IMG/VR virus record: IMGVR_UViG_3300028293_000008
Location: 1-49,793 of that record
Reading direction: 5' to 3' (one strand)
DNA from: a virus
Lineage: Duplodnaviria; Caudoviricetes
Length of the DNA: 49,793 bases
The position numbers and the translations under genes are program-made. Under the pieces are notes generated by a model, which had not been told where the DNA came from, searched no databases, and saw only the letters and a program-made list of their open reading frames with translations. Of the stretch, positions 9,081 to 19,106 are shown one piece after another (position 1 is the stretch's first letter; every line of letters begins with the position of its first letter).

Positions 9081-9290
9081 ATGCGAGATCCCAGTCTGAT
9101 CCCCGTGCAGTTCCAGTGCGATCCCGACGTCTTGCGCCGGCTCGACATCCTCGCCAATCAGCAGGCCCGCACCCGGTCGGGCATGATTCGGTGGATTGTC
9201 ATGCGCGCCGTCGAACGTGAGTTACGCCTGAGCCGCCCCGCCCGGCGGTCCCCCGCCGCCGAGCCGGTCGCCGAGGCCGCCACGGTCTGA
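9081..9290 (+). CDS. ribbon-helix-helix (CopG-like) regulator
   Basis: PVQFQCDPDVLRRLDILANQQARTRSGMIRWIVMRAV. Confidence 0.75.
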   Translation: MRDPSLIPVQFQCDPDVLRRLDILANQQARTRSGMIRWIVMRAVERELRLSRPARRSPAAEPVAEAATV

Positions 9291-9292
9291 CG

Positions 9293-9823
9293 ATGGCGAC
9301 CCCCGGTTGGCAGGGCGTGACGTTGACCGAGATCGCGCAGATGCAGCGCGCGCGCACGGTCCCGTCACGCCCGGCGCCGGCCCGCGCGCAGAAATACCGC
9401 GCCGAGCCGTGTATCGTCACCGCCGACGGCACGCTGTTCACGACAACCGAGATTCACACCGCGGAGGCGGCGACGAAGAATCCGCTCGTCGGCACGGGCA
9501 CGCTCGCCGAGCGCGCCGTGCGCTGCGGCATCGTCGGCCAGTGGTTCGCGTCGACGAAGGAAGGCAAACGCTTCCTCGAATTGCGCGCGCTCGAGCGCAG
9601 CGGCACGATCACCGAGCTGCGCCTGCAAGCGCCGTTCGATTTGACGGTCGTCTCGACGACCGATGGCCAGGCGCGCGCGATCGGGAAGTGGATCGCGGAC
9701 TTCGTCTATCGCCGCGACGGCGCGCTCGTCACCGAAGACACCAAGGGCTGCAAAACCCCGCTCTACCTGCGATCGAAAAAACATTTTCAGGCGCAATACG
9801 GCTTGCCGATTCTGGAGACGTGA
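9293..9823 (+). CDS. DUF1064-family PD-(D/E)XK endonuclease
   Basis: FASTKEGKRFLEL..LRLQAPFDL..WIADFVY..VTEDTKG.KTPLY. Confidence 0.8.
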   Translation: MATPGWQGVTLTEIAQMQRARTVPSRPAPARAQKYRAEPCIVTADGTLFTTTEIHTAEAATKNPLVGTGTLAERAVRCGIVGQWFASTKEGKRFLELRALERSGTITELRLQAPFDLTVVSTTDGQARAIGKWIADFVYRRDGALVTEDTKGCKTPLYLRSKKHFQAQYGLPILET

Positions 9824-9825
9824 TC

Positions 9826-10086
9826 ATGGCGACACCGCGCGAGGTTGTGACGCTCGCCGTGAAATACAAGCGCGGGGCGCTCCCCGTGCACGGCAGTTAC
9901 CTGCCGATCGTGCGCCACGTGAAAGGCGGCTGCCACGTGCAGGGCGCCGAGATCAGGGAAGCGGGCCGCGTGGTCGGCACCGACGGCGTCGAGCGCGAGT
10001 ATCAGATCCTGCGCATCGTCTTCGATGAGCCGCCGGCCGCCGGCGACGGCGAGCGTGCGACGCGCGACGCGGACGTCACGCCATGA
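9826..10086 (+). CDS. hypothetical protein
   Basis: GGAG SD; coupled gene chain. Confidence 0.55.
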   Translation: MATPREVVTLAVKYKRGALPVHGSYLPIVRHVKGGCHVQGAEIREAGRVVGTDGVEREYQILRIVFDEPPAAGDGERATRDADVTP

Positions 10087-10292
10087 CGCACGCCGAACTC
10101 GCGGCGACCGTGGCCGACATGCGCGCGACCGCCGTCCGGTTCGTCGAGCGGCACGCGGCGGTCTACGCGCGCGATGTCGCGCCAGACGTCGTCGCGGCGG
10201 TCTGCGACGCGCTCGGCGACATCAGCATCGACGAAGCGACGGCCGCGCTCGATCGCGAGCAGCAGCGCCTCGAGCGCGAGGGGCGCCGATGA
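10083..10292 (+). CDS. hypothetical protein
   Basis: ATGA-coupled ORF. Confidence 0.55.
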   Translation: MTHAELAATVADMRATAVRFVERHAAVYARDVAPDVVAAVCDALGDISIDEATAALDREQQRLEREGRR

Positions 10293-10486
10293 TGACGCGG
10301 CAGCAGATTCTCGACGGCCTCGATCTGGTGGTGCAGCGGCTCGCGCCGCAGCCCGCCTCCGTGACCGGCGAGCATCACGACGTGCCGCGCGAATGGACGC
10401 CGCATGAATGGGCCTACGTCTGCGGCATCGCGAGTCACGCGATTCTGCGGTTGCGCGATCAGCTCGCGAGTGGAGATCCCCGATGA
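10289..10486 (+). CDS. hypothetical protein
   Basis: ATGA-coupled ORF (MMTRQQILDG...). Confidence 0.55.
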   Translation: MMTRQQILDGLDLVVQRLAPQPASVTGEHHDVPREWTPHEWAYVCGIASHAILRLRDQLASGDPR

Positions 10487-10857
10487 CGCCGGCCTGTGAA
10501 GTCGCCACGGAGATGCGCGCCGCCGTCGCGCTGCATGCCTCGGTGCGCGCGCAGCTCGAGGCGGAAGGCCGCGAGGCGCCGCCGATCGCCGATCCGCAGT
10601 TGCTGCTCGACTGGGCCGCGGTGCTCGACGGCAGCCTCGTCGACAGTGACCGGATCATCGTCGCGGAAGTGTCGAAGACGTGGGTGGAAGGCCGGTCGAT
10701 CTGTCCCGACGATCCGCTACTCTGCCAACAGTTCGAACGCGTGATCCGGATCAACGCCGCGCGCGGCTATCGGTTGCAGACCTTCAAGCTCAATCAGGTG
10801 CTGACGTCCCCGTTGGTGTTCGTCGAAACGATCATCGCGGTGTTCGAACGCGTATGA
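10483..10857 (+). CDS. hypothetical protein
   Basis: ATGA-coupled ORF (MTPACEV...). Confidence 0.55.
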   Translation: MTPACEVATEMRAAVALHASVRAQLEAEGREAPPIADPQLLLDWAAVLDGSLVDSDRIIVAEVSKTWVEGRSICPDDPLLCQQFERVIRINAARGYRLQTFKLNQVLTSPLVFVETIIAVFERV

Positions 10858-11090
10858 CCGTCGATCCCTTCATCCTCTCGGCGGCAGCGCTCAGTGACGA
10901 TCTGCGCGTCTGGTTACGCGCGCGTGCCGAAACGCCCGAGCAGCAGGCGAGCGCCCTGGTCTACGAACTCGGCGCGCTCATCGCGAAGCACGCACCCGAC
11001 GAGCAGGCCGCCTACGAGGTGATGTATTTCTGGTTCGCCACGATGAAAGATCAAATTCGCCGGCTCGGCGTCGGCGTCGAACACCCATGA
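10854..11090 (+). CDS. hypothetical protein
   Basis: ATGA-coupled ORF (MTVDPF...). Confidence 0.55.
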   Translation: MTVDPFILSAAALSDDLRVWLRARAETPEQQASALVYELGALIAKHAPDEQAAYEVMYFWFATMKDQIRRLGVGVEHP

Positions 11091-11383
11091 CTCAGGACGA
11101 CGGCGGTTACGCGTTCCCGCTCTTGGCCGAGAAAGTCGCCGTTCGCAATCTTGGCATGACGCTGCGCGACTACTTCGCCGCGCAGGCGCTCGCGGTGATT
11201 CCTGGCGACGTGGCGGATCCGGCCGATCTCGCGCGCGATGCCTACCGCATCGCCGACGCGATGCTCGACGAGCGGCAGCGACTCGCGCGCACGACAACGC
11301 CTGACTTCGTCAGCCATGTGCCGGCGACGGCGGGCGAGCGCAGTCTCGATGAGGCGATCGAGGCCTTCACGAAAAAGCCATGA
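11087..11383 (+). CDS. conserved small phage protein (GMTLRDYFAAQAL family)
   Basis: GGYAFP...GMTLRDYFAAQAL...AYRIADAML motif, widespread in phages. Confidence 0.8.
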   Translation: MTQDDGGYAFPLLAEKVAVRNLGMTLRDYFAAQALAVIPGDVADPADLARDAYRIADAMLDERQRLARTTTPDFVSHVPATAGERSLDEAIEAFTKKP

Positions 11384-11504
11384 CGATCCGCTGGTGGTGG
11401 TATCGCGTGACGTCGCGGTTGCGGCACGGCCGGCAATGCGCCGCCTGCGACCGTCGCGTGATCTGTCACATCATCAAGGCTGGCTCGCGGCCCTGCGATC
11501 GATC

Positions 11505-11723
11505 ATGAGCGTGCGCGACGCGGCGACCGGCATGCTGGAAGCGACCATCGTCATCAACGGTCGGACGTTGACGTTCGCGGAGTCGATGACGTTACGCGTC
11601 GCGATCAGCAACTTCCTTCTGATGCTCGGCGATCAGGAATTCCGCAACGCGCTTGGTCCGATCGGCGAGCACTACGATCACCATCTCACGCAGATCGAGC
11701 AGTATCTGCGCAACAAATCATGA
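11505..11723 (+). CDS. hypothetical protein
   Basis: 72 aa, protein-like. Confidence 0.5.
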   Translation: MSVRDAATGMLEATIVINGRTLTFAESMTLRVAISNFLLMLGDQEFRNALGPIGEHYDHHLTQIEQYLRNKS

Positions 11724-11927
11724 CTGATCCCTCGAGCCCCCCAGAGGATCGCCCCCCGTGCCCCCGCAGCACGAGATTGAGATGTTTGAGATGGCCCTTC
11801 GCGCGTTCGGGATGTTCACCACGGACGAGAAGCGCTCAGCGCTCAGCGAGTTCTCGACGCTGCGCTACAAGCAAATCGAAGACAGACTGATTGAAGCCGT
11901 GCATCGTGTCATCGCAGGAGTTAAACC

Positions 11928-12605
11928 ATGAAGGCCGTGCCCCCACCGGAGCACCGAGAGGCACCGCCCTTAGCTGAAGAATGGCAGTGTCGGCACGTCT
12001 TCACCGACAAGCGATGCTGTGTGCTGCCGAAAGACCACACGGGCAATCACAAGCCAGCATCAGAAAATGAACCGAGCGAGATTCTGGCATGGCTGAATCT
12101 TGAGCAGAAACGCGCGGAGCGGTGGTTTCGGGCCGCAAGTGGTGTCAATCGGTTCGCGTTGAGCGCTCCTGAATTGATGCGCATTCGGCATTCTCTTGAA
12201 ATTGCCTCCTCGCCTGCGGCGCACGCGGAGCGACCGGACATCGAATCACTGCGCGCGTTGCTGCGAGAGGTATACGAGTGGCAACGCGGCGTCCAAGAAC
12301 TGCTACCGGACGGACTTGACGAGCGCTTGCGGGCTGCGCTCTCGGAGCGAGCCCCTGAGCCTCCACGAGAGCCGCTGAGGACGCATCTAGGCTGGTTGTT
12401 GGCTAAGGTTATGAAGGATGCAAATTATCCAGAAGCGCGCGCAATATGGGAGCAATGGTCTGATTACGTCGACTCGCTTGGGCCGAAACAGTGTGAAGAC
12501 AGAACTGGCGGCGGGCGTTATCGGTGCCTGATGGTGGCTGGTCATGATGCTCCGCATCGGAACGGCAATACGACATGGCCATCACAAGAGGAGCCTCAGA
12601 AGTAG
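11928..12605 (+). CDS. hypothetical protein with two C-x-H-type metal motifs
   Basis: CCVLPKDHTGNH and CLMVAGHDAPH repeats; AGGAG SD. Confidence 0.6.
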   Translation: MKAVPPPEHREAPPLAEEWQCRHVFTDKRCCVLPKDHTGNHKPASENEPSEILAWLNLEQKRAERWFRAASGVNRFALSAPELMRIRHSLEIASSPAAHAERPDIESLRALLREVYEWQRGVQELLPDGLDERLRAALSERAPEPPREPLRTHLGWLLAKVMKDANYPEARAIWEQWSDYVDSLGPKQCEDRTGGGRYRCLMVAGHDAPHRNGNTTWPSQEEPQK

Positions 12606-12631
12606 GGGCGCTGGCCGAACAGGAAGGACAC

Positions 12632-12928
12632 ATGAGCGACGACCTGAAACTTCGCAACGCTACAGACTCGGTCGGTTGGCTGAATAGCGAGGGACCGCTG
12701 GCTACGTCGCCGATATTCAGCGAGCGGAAGATGTTCAGTCCGCGCGAGTTGGACGCAGCGGTCAAGCAATCGCAAGCTCCAACCGTCAAGGAAGCGTTCA
12801 AGGCCGGTTACCACTGCCAGTGGATTCGCGCCGAGAAGCGCTACATCTTCGACTCGGCAATGACGCCTGGAGATCCGGACGGCGCATTCGCGGCATGGCG
12901 GGCTGCGCTCTCGGAGCCTCGATCATGA
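12632..12928 (+). CDS. hypothetical protein
   Basis: AGGAAGGA SD; stop overlaps the terminase start. Confidence 0.55.
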   Translation: MSDDLKLRNATDSVGWLNSEGPLATSPIFSERKMFSPRELDAAVKQSQAPTVKEAFKAGYHCQWIRAEKRYIFDSAMTPGDPDGAFAAWRAALSEPRS

Positions 12929-14499
12929 GCACCGACGGATGGGTGCCGACGTTCCGGTGCTGCTGGTGCGGCGCCGAATTCATCACGCGCGAGATCGACC
13001 GCGTCGTTGCCTGGATCTGCCCGACCGAGGAATGCGCCGAGCGCCAGATCGCCAAGCGCATGCTCGACACGACCAACAAGCTGTTCTACTTGCCGCTGCC
13101 GAAAGGCGTCGAGCTGGAAGACGCGATCGAGTCACAAAATTACGGCGCGATCTGCATCGGCGGGCACCGCAACAGTGCGAAGTCGCACATGCTGCGGATG
13201 ATCGTCTACAAACTCTGTCGACGGTTCGCCGAATTCTCCGTCCTGTTCCTGCGGCGCTCGATGCCCGAATTGCGCTTGAATCACATGCGCTTCGCGATCC
13301 GCGAAACCAAACGCATCGGCGCGAAATACATGACCAACTCGGTGCAGTGGGACAACGACAGCGAGCTGATTTGGGGCTCGGTGTTCGATACCGACGATTA
13401 CAAAAACTACATCGGCGGCGACGTCGACCTGATCGTGTTCGATCAGCTCGAGGAATTCGAGGCGATTCAGTTCACCGAGATTCTGCCGTCGACGGGCCGC
13501 ACGCGCAAACGGCCCGACTGGCGCGGCCTGGCGCTCGCCGGCGAAAACCCCGGCGGCCCGCTGTCGGCGTTCGTCGAAGAAATGTTCATCGACAAGACGC
13601 TCGACCCGGTCAAGTTTCCCGACTACGACCCGACGCAGTTCCACTTCATCAGCGCGCAGCTCGAGGACAATCCCTATGCGGATCCGCGCTATGTGAACAA
13701 TCTCGCCGGCCTCTCGCCCGAGCGCCGCGCGATGTTCCGGTTCGGCCGGCGTGACGTCTTCCCGCGGCAATACTTCAAGACCTTTTTGCGGCACGATCGC
13801 GTGCAACATCTGGACGTGCCGCGCGACGTGCCGCGCCTCTGCGGCCTGCATTGGGCGTTTTTCAAGCAAGGGATGTTTCTGTGGGCGGCGGTCCTGCCCG
13901 ACGGGCGGCTCTACATCGAACGCGAATTCGAATTCTCCGAGATGGTCGCGAGCGATGTGGCGAAGGCCATCGTCGCGCTCAACACGCGGCACCGCATCAC
14001 CATGAGCCAGGTGTGGGGCAACCCGCCGAGCGATCTACCGAGCGACGACGAAGGCGAGCACACGTTCGAAACGCTCTATCTGCACGGCCTGCCGGTGATC
14101 CGCTCGGCGCACGATCCGATCAACGGCTGGCAGCGCCTGCAGCACTGGTTCGAACCGATCGTGAGGCGCGACGGCGAGCGGCCGGCGCTGATCGTCAGTC
14201 CCGAGTGCGGCGTGCTGATCCACACGCTGCCGCAGCTCCTGCAGGACGGAACCGATCCCGAAGACGTCGACGACAGCGGCTCCGTGCACGCCGCGAAGGC
14301 CCTGCGCTACATCGTGATGTCGCGGCCCGAGCCGCCGGGTGTGGCGCCGACGCCGACCGGCCGCGATCTGAGCAAGCTCGAGCCGCGCGTGCGCGCCGAG
14401 ATCGAATATCTGCGCTCGGTGGAACGCGCCGAGGCCGAACCGGTCGGCCGTTACAGCCTCGGCGAATTTTGGGGCAGCGACTCAGGCGAGCCGCGCTGA
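12925..14499 (+). CDS. terL: terminase large subunit with atypical catalytic motifs
   Basis: Walker A-like GGHRNSAKS, Walker B-like LIVFDQLEE, NPGG motif, LEDNPY, C-terminal RNase H-like region ending HAAKALRY. Confidence 0.85.
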   Translation: MSTDGWVPTFRCCWCGAEFITREIDRVVAWICPTEECAERQIAKRMLDTTNKLFYLPLPKGVELEDAIESQNYGAICIGGHRNSAKSHMLRMIVYKLCRRFAEFSVLFLRRSMPELRLNHMRFAIRETKRIGAKYMTNSVQWDNDSELIWGSVFDTDDYKNYIGGDVDLIVFDQLEEFEAIQFTEILPSTGRTRKRPDWRGLALAGENPGGPLSAFVEEMFIDKTLDPVKFPDYDPTQFHFISAQLEDNPYADPRYVNNLAGLSPERRAMFRFGRRDVFPRQYFKTFLRHDRVQHLDVPRDVPRLCGLHWAFFKQGMFLWAAVLPDGRLYIEREFEFSEMVASDVAKAIVALNTRHRITMSQVWGNPPSDLPSDDEGEHTFETLYLHGLPVIRSAHDPINGWQRLQHWFEPIVRRDGERPALIVSPECGVLIHTLPQLLQDGTDPEDVDDSGSVHAAKALRYIVMSRPEPPGVAPTPTGRDLSKLEPRVRAEIEYLRSVERAEAEPVGRYSLGEFWGSDSGEPR

Positions 14500-14699
14500 T
14501 GCCGTTCATCGAGATCGAACGGCCGCTCGGCGTCTGGACGCGGCGCCACGTCACGCACACCGAGCGGCGCGAGTTGCTCCAGCAGCACGATGTGCGGCAG
14601 CGGTTCGTCGACGATACCGGCGTCGTCTGGCTCGCGCATCCGGACAATCCGATTTGCTTCAGCGACGGCATGCCGCCGACGAAGCGGCAAATAGAGTGA
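14499..14699 (+). CDS. hypothetical protein
   Basis: TGATG coupling with the terminase stop. Confidence 0.45.
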   Translation: MPFIEIERPLGVWTRRHVTHTERRELLQQHDVRQRFVDDTGVVWLAHPDNPICFSDGMPPTKRQIE

Positions 14700-14705
14700 G
14701 ATCAG

Positions 14706-14945
14706 ATGACGCACACGCGCCAGATGGCCGACGACGAGGGGATGTTCCTCAACTGGTGGCGCGAGGCGGAAGGACACCCTGGTTGTCGACGACTCGTCAC
14801 GGACGAGACGATGCCGGGTGCGGTGCGGCTGTGCGGCGCCGTGGTGCAGTATCGCGTGTGGGAGTCGAACGACGGCGGCTACGAGGATTATCAATTCCGC
14901 TGTGCCAACGGACACACCTGGTGGATCGACGGGATCGACTCGTGA
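14706..14945 (+). CDS. small Zn-ribbon-like protein
   Basis: YRVWESNDGGYEDYQFRCANGHTWWIDG. Confidence 0.65.
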   Translation: MTHTRQMADDEGMFLNWWREAEGHPGCRRLVTDETMPGAVRLCGAVVQYRVWESNDGGYEDYQFRCANGHTWWIDGIDS

Positions 14946-15559
14946 CGATCGCCGAGCTGAAGGCGCTGTGCGACACGTATCCGGATGACTCATTCGTTCA
15001 CATCCGGATCTGGACGCCATCGGGCACGCACGTGCAGGCGACCGTCGACAAAAGCAAGTGCGGCGTCGATGGCAGTCTGCTGTTGATTGGCGCGTCGACG
15101 AAGGGAGACGAGCGAATGAGCGACTGGCCTGAACCGATCCCGCCGCCCGATCACGTGCAGCAGATCGCCGACAGTGTCGGCGGCACCATCGACGAGTGCG
15201 CGCTGCTGCCCGATGGCAGCGGCTTCGCGACGATGTCGATGCCCTTGCCGGCGAATCACTGGCTGCACGCGCCCGGCGACAACGTGCCGCCGATGCCGTT
15301 CCGCATGGGCCAAGGTGAACACGCGACGATCGTCACCTTTCCGAATAGGGGCTATCCGGATCGGTCGAGGCGGATGACGCGTCAGGAATTCGCCGAGCAC
15401 ATCAGGGCAGCGGCCCGCTACGCGTTGCGCGCCTCGACGATGAACGGTCGCGAACCGGATTACGATCCCGATGCCGTGCTGCAGAATCTCGTCGTCGGCT
15501 TGCTCGGCTATTGGACCGCGACCGGGCTCAGCAACGATCCGGAGGCCAACCCGACATGA
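14942..15559 (+). CDS. hypothetical protein (internal start at 15116 likely)
   Basis: GTGA coupling; in-frame AAGGGAG SD and ATG at 15116. Confidence 0.5.
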   Translation: MTIAELKALCDTYPDDSFVHIRIWTPSGTHVQATVDKSKCGVDGSLLLIGASTKGDERMSDWPEPIPPPDHVQQIADSVGGTIDECALLPDGSGFATMSMPLPANHWLHAPGDNVPPMPFRMGQGEHATIVTFPNRGYPDRSRRMTRQEFAEHIRAAARYALRASTMNGREPDYDPDAVLQNLVVGLLGYWTATGLSNDPEANPT

Positions 15560-15840
15560 CCGGCCAGGACGATCCGTCGATCACGCGCACGCCGCCGACG
15601 CGCTGTCCCGCGTGCGGTTGGCCGCTCGATGCGACCTCGACGAGTGACGGCAGCAGCGCGACACCTGGGCCGGGCGATCTCACGTGCTGTCTCCGCTGCG
15701 CCGAACCGCTGCGGTTCACGGACACGATGGATGTGCGCCGCCTGACCAAGCTGGAACTCGCCGAGTTGCCACTGGCGCAGTATCGCGAGATCCTGCGGGT
15801 GCGCAACTTCGCGCGGCTGATGTCCGCGCGCACCAACTGA
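15556..15840 (+). CDS. Zn-finger hypothetical protein
   Basis: CPACG...P.PGDLTCCLRC. Confidence 0.65.
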   Translation: MTGQDDPSITRTPPTRCPACGWPLDATSTSDGSSATPGPGDLTCCLRCAEPLRFTDTMDVRRLTKLELAELPLAQYREILRVRNFARLMSARTN

Positions 15841-15853
15841 AGGGACGCCGATC

Positions 15854-17170
15854 ATGGCCGAGGATCCCGCTGCCCTGCTCGACGACGCGATTGCCCGCTT
15901 GCAGCACGTCCGCGATCTCATGGCGGCGGCGGCCGTGCCGGCGGCGATCACGACGCCCGACGCGCTCGATCGCGCGCTCGCCGCGCGCCAGGCGGTCATC
16001 CTGCTCGATCCGTCGCTCGTCTACGCGGCGCCGCTGACCCTGCGCGCGCCCGTGCAGCTCGTCGTCGCCGATGCCGGCGCCGCCACGACGCCGGTGCGGA
16101 TGACGGCCGACCGCCTGCTGCCGCGGTTTCAGGGCGGGATCGCCGTGCCCGCCGACGACGTCACGCTGCTCGGCCTCGAGGTGCGCGGCCCGGTGGCGGG
16201 CACGCTCGTCGATCTCGGCGGCGCGCGCATCACGTGTGATCGGTTGCGCGTGCTCGGCGATCCGGTGCACGGCGTGCGCCGCGGCATCGTCGCCAACGGC
16301 AACGGCGACTTGCTGATCACGCGCTCGATCGTCGATGACTGTTTCGGCCCGTATCCGCAAACGGACAATCACGATCAGCAGGCGATCATCGCCTGGGACA
16401 TGGCGCCCGGTCTGCGCATCATCGACAACCTGCTGCGCGCCGGCACCGAAACGATCATGCTCGGCGGCGACGACAGCGCGAGCCTCGAGCGCATGCCTGC
16501 CGACGTGCTGATCCAGGACAACGACATCACCAAGCGGCCCGAGTGGCAGACGCAGGCGATCTCCGTCAAAAACGTGTTTGAGATCAAGGCCGCGCGCCGC
16601 GTGAAGGTCTACACCAACCGGATCGCGCGATCGTGGGGCGGGCACGGCCAGGACGGCTACCTGATCATGCTGACCGTGCGCAACCAGGGCGGGAAGGCGC
16701 CGTGGTCGACGATCGCCGACGTCGTCATCGCCAACAACGATTGCGCGTCCGGCGCCGCGGCGATCAACGTGCTCGGCCGCGATGACCGCCCGCCGAAGAC
16801 GCACCCGGATGGCAGCGTGACGACCTACACCAGCGTGCCGCTGACGCGCGTCTCGATCACCACCAACCGGTTCAGCGATCTGAGCCCGTCGCAATACACC
16901 GGCTCGCCGAAGCTGATCCAAATCGGATGGGGGCCGGACGCGTTGACGATCGACAGCAACACGTTCAGCGGCAGCGGCCTGACGTCACAGGTGTATTTCC
17001 AGGGACCGGCGACGCCGCCATGCACCAACCTGATGATTACCAACAATCAGTGGATGAAGACGCCGTATGGCATCTTCGCGAGCGGCGTCGCCAACGATCA
17101 ACAAGCCGCCTGGGCGAAATACGTCGCCTCGGGCTCGCGCGACGGCAACGTCGTGACGCCGTTCTCATGA
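15854..17170 (+). CDS. right-handed beta-helix (pectin-lyase-like) protein
   Basis: repeating I-x-x-N beta-helix strands, VKNVFEIKAARRV motif. Confidence 0.75.
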   Translation: MAEDPAALLDDAIARLQHVRDLMAAAAVPAAITTPDALDRALAARQAVILLDPSLVYAAPLTLRAPVQLVVADAGAATTPVRMTADRLLPRFQGGIAVPADDVTLLGLEVRGPVAGTLVDLGGARITCDRLRVLGDPVHGVRRGIVANGNGDLLITRSIVDDCFGPYPQTDNHDQQAIIAWDMAPGLRIIDNLLRAGTETIMLGGDDSASLERMPADVLIQDNDITKRPEWQTQAISVKNVFEIKAARRVKVYTNRIARSWGGHGQDGYLIMLTVRNQGGKAPWSTIADVVIANNDCASGAAAINVLGRDDRPPKTHPDGSVTTYTSVPLTRVSITTNRFSDLSPSQYTGSPKLIQIGWGPDALTIDSNTFSGSGLTSQVYFQGPATPPCTNLMITNNQWMKTPYGIFASGVANDQQAAWAKYVASGSRDGNVVTPFS

Positions 17171-17958
17171 GCGCGTCGCCGTTCGATGCCACGCTCGCCG
17201 AGGCGCGCACCCGCCTGATCGCGCAGGCGCTGCGGCGGTATCCCTTCCGCGGCATCAATCCCGATGAAACGATCGACGCCTACGTGAATGCGGTGATCGA
17301 TCACGTCGACCGGCACGATCTGGCGTGCGGGTTCGAAATTCGGCTCGGGCGCGAGCAGGCGGCCTGGACGCCCGACGACGTGCAGCGGTTTCAGGCGTGG
17401 ATGCTCACGACGGCGCGGCCGTCGCCGACCGCGGCGCCGCCCGGTGTGCCGTTCGACGTCGGCGCGCTCCAATCCGGGGGCCGCTGGCCCGTCACCGACG
17501 CGGCGATGTCGACGCTGCTCGACGAGCTGATGACGACCCTGCTCGAGCTGCGCAGCGCGACGCCGCAGGGGCGGATCCCGGCCATCATCGCCGTGCTGTT
17601 GCTCGACGGCGAGATGGTGTTCATGTCGGTCAGTCTGCGTGATCGGATCGCGGTGCTCAAACATCTGGCGCAGCGCGGCCCGGTCTACGGCTACGCGTTT
17701 GCGGGCGACGCGTTCGTCCATGAAATTCGCGAGCGGCAGCAGGCGGCGCGCACGGCCTGCATCCTCGGGCACCTGGGCACGCGCACGACGCGGATCGTCC
17801 GGCGCTTTCCCTATCGGTTCGTCGAGGGCACCGGAATCGTTCGCGAGCCGATCCCGCCCGACCTCGATCCGCGCAGCACCGAGGCCGGCGCCGGCAGCGA
17901 GGATCCGTATGCCGAGATCTTCGTCTCAGTGCCGACCCCGACGGGCCGGCCGTCGTAA
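17167..17958 (+). CDS. hypothetical protein
   Basis: ATGA-coupled 263-aa ORF. Confidence 0.6.
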   Translation: MSASPFDATLAEARTRLIAQALRRYPFRGINPDETIDAYVNAVIDHVDRHDLACGFEIRLGREQAAWTPDDVQRFQAWMLTTARPSPTAAPPGVPFDVGALQSGGRWPVTDAAMSTLLDELMTTLLELRSATPQGRIPAIIAVLLLDGEMVFMSVSLRDRIAVLKHLAQRGPVYGYAFAGDAFVHEIRERQQAARTACILGHLGTRTTRIVRRFPYRFVEGTGIVREPIPPDLDPRSTEAGAGSEDPYAEIFVSVPTPTGRPS

Positions 17959-18021
17959 GGGGAACCATTTGTACAGATCAGGCGACGTGGCGCACACTCT
18001 CGGATCGCGGGAGTGTGTGCA

Positions 18022-18504
18022 ATGTCCGACACGGCATGGCAGTCGCTCTTTACCAACATGCCGGCGATCCTCGCGTCGCTGGCCGCGCTGATCACCGCGA
18101 CCTTCACCGGCATCCAGGCGTGGCGCAACGGGCGCAAGACGGATCAGGCCGGGGCGAAGGCCGACCTCGCAGCGGCCAAGGCCGACGTCGCTGCGGCGAA
18201 CACCGAGATCGCGCTCGCGAAGACGAACGAGATTCACGAGCAGACCAAAGCGATCAGCGATCAGGCGAAGGCCATCGCCGAGCAGACCGACGGGCAGCTC
18301 TCGAAACTGATCGAAGAAAATCAGCGCATCAATGAGGCCTTTGCGACCGTGCAGGCGATTCTGAGCGCGCGCGAGGGACGCGTGAACGCGGTCCGGCGCG
18401 ATGATGTCGTGAACGGCGGGCACGTCGATCTGAGCGACTCCGTGCAGGATGATCCGCCGGGGATGGAACGGCGCCAGGTGGAACGGCGCAAGCGGCACCA
18501 ATAG
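18022..18504 (+). CDS. N-terminal TM plus coiled-coil protein (possible lysis accessory)
   Basis: MPAILASLAALITATFTGIQAW TM followed by a coiled coil. Confidence 0.55.
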   Translation: MSDTAWQSLFTNMPAILASLAALITATFTGIQAWRNGRKTDQAGAKADLAAAKADVAAANTEIALAKTNEIHEQTKAISDQAKAIAEQTDGQLSKLIEENQRINEAFATVQAILSAREGRVNAVRRDDVVNGGHVDLSDSVQDDPPGMERRQVERRKRHQ

Positions 18505-18506
18505 CC

Positions 18507-19106
18507 ATGAGCGATTACGTCGCCCTGCTGGCCGAGGCGAAGCGCCGCGTGCGCGCGAGCGTCTTGTGGAAGCGTTTCATTGAGCACACGCCGCTCGAGA
18601 ACGACATCGCGGTGTGGATGGCCGACTTCGCCGCCGAAGCCATCGACGCGAGCGCCGGGAAATTAGCCGCCGCCCTGTGTGTCGCACGGGAAGCGACGAA
18701 CGGATGGGCGTGCTTCGCTACGCGGAAGGCCGAGCACGTCGACATCGCGCGCTTACATCACCAGATCGATGCGCTCGCGGAGCAGGCGGCCGTGATCGGG
18801 CCGGACGCTGACGATCCGCGCGATCGACCCGGCTGTCGGTTCAGCACCTACGGCCGCGGCGATTGTGAGCACGCGGTCGGCCTGCCCGCGGTGCTGAATC
18901 GCGAGACGACCGACGCCTACGGCAAACCGCACGGCTGGTGCTGGTGGTGCTGGCACCTGGAGCAACTCAGCGCGTTGCGGTTGGTGCTCGCGGCTGCGCG
19001 CGCGCCGATCCCGCAGGAGTTATTACCGGAAGAGGCGGCCAAGGTGCTGCGCGATCACCACTGGAAATTGATTAGCGACGAGCCGCCAGCAAAGTCTTCC
19101 AAGTGA
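18507..19106 (+). CDS. hypothetical protein
   Basis: 199-aa ORF in the chain. Confidence 0.55.
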   Translation: MSDYVALLAEAKRRVRASVLWKRFIEHTPLENDIAVWMADFAAEAIDASAGKLAAALCVAREATNGWACFATRKAEHVDIARLHHQIDALAEQAAVIGPDADDPRDRPGCRFSTYGRGDCEHAVGLPAVLNRETTDAYGKPHGWCWWCWHLEQLSALRLVLAAARAPIPQELLPEEAAKVLRDHHWKLISDEPPAKSSK

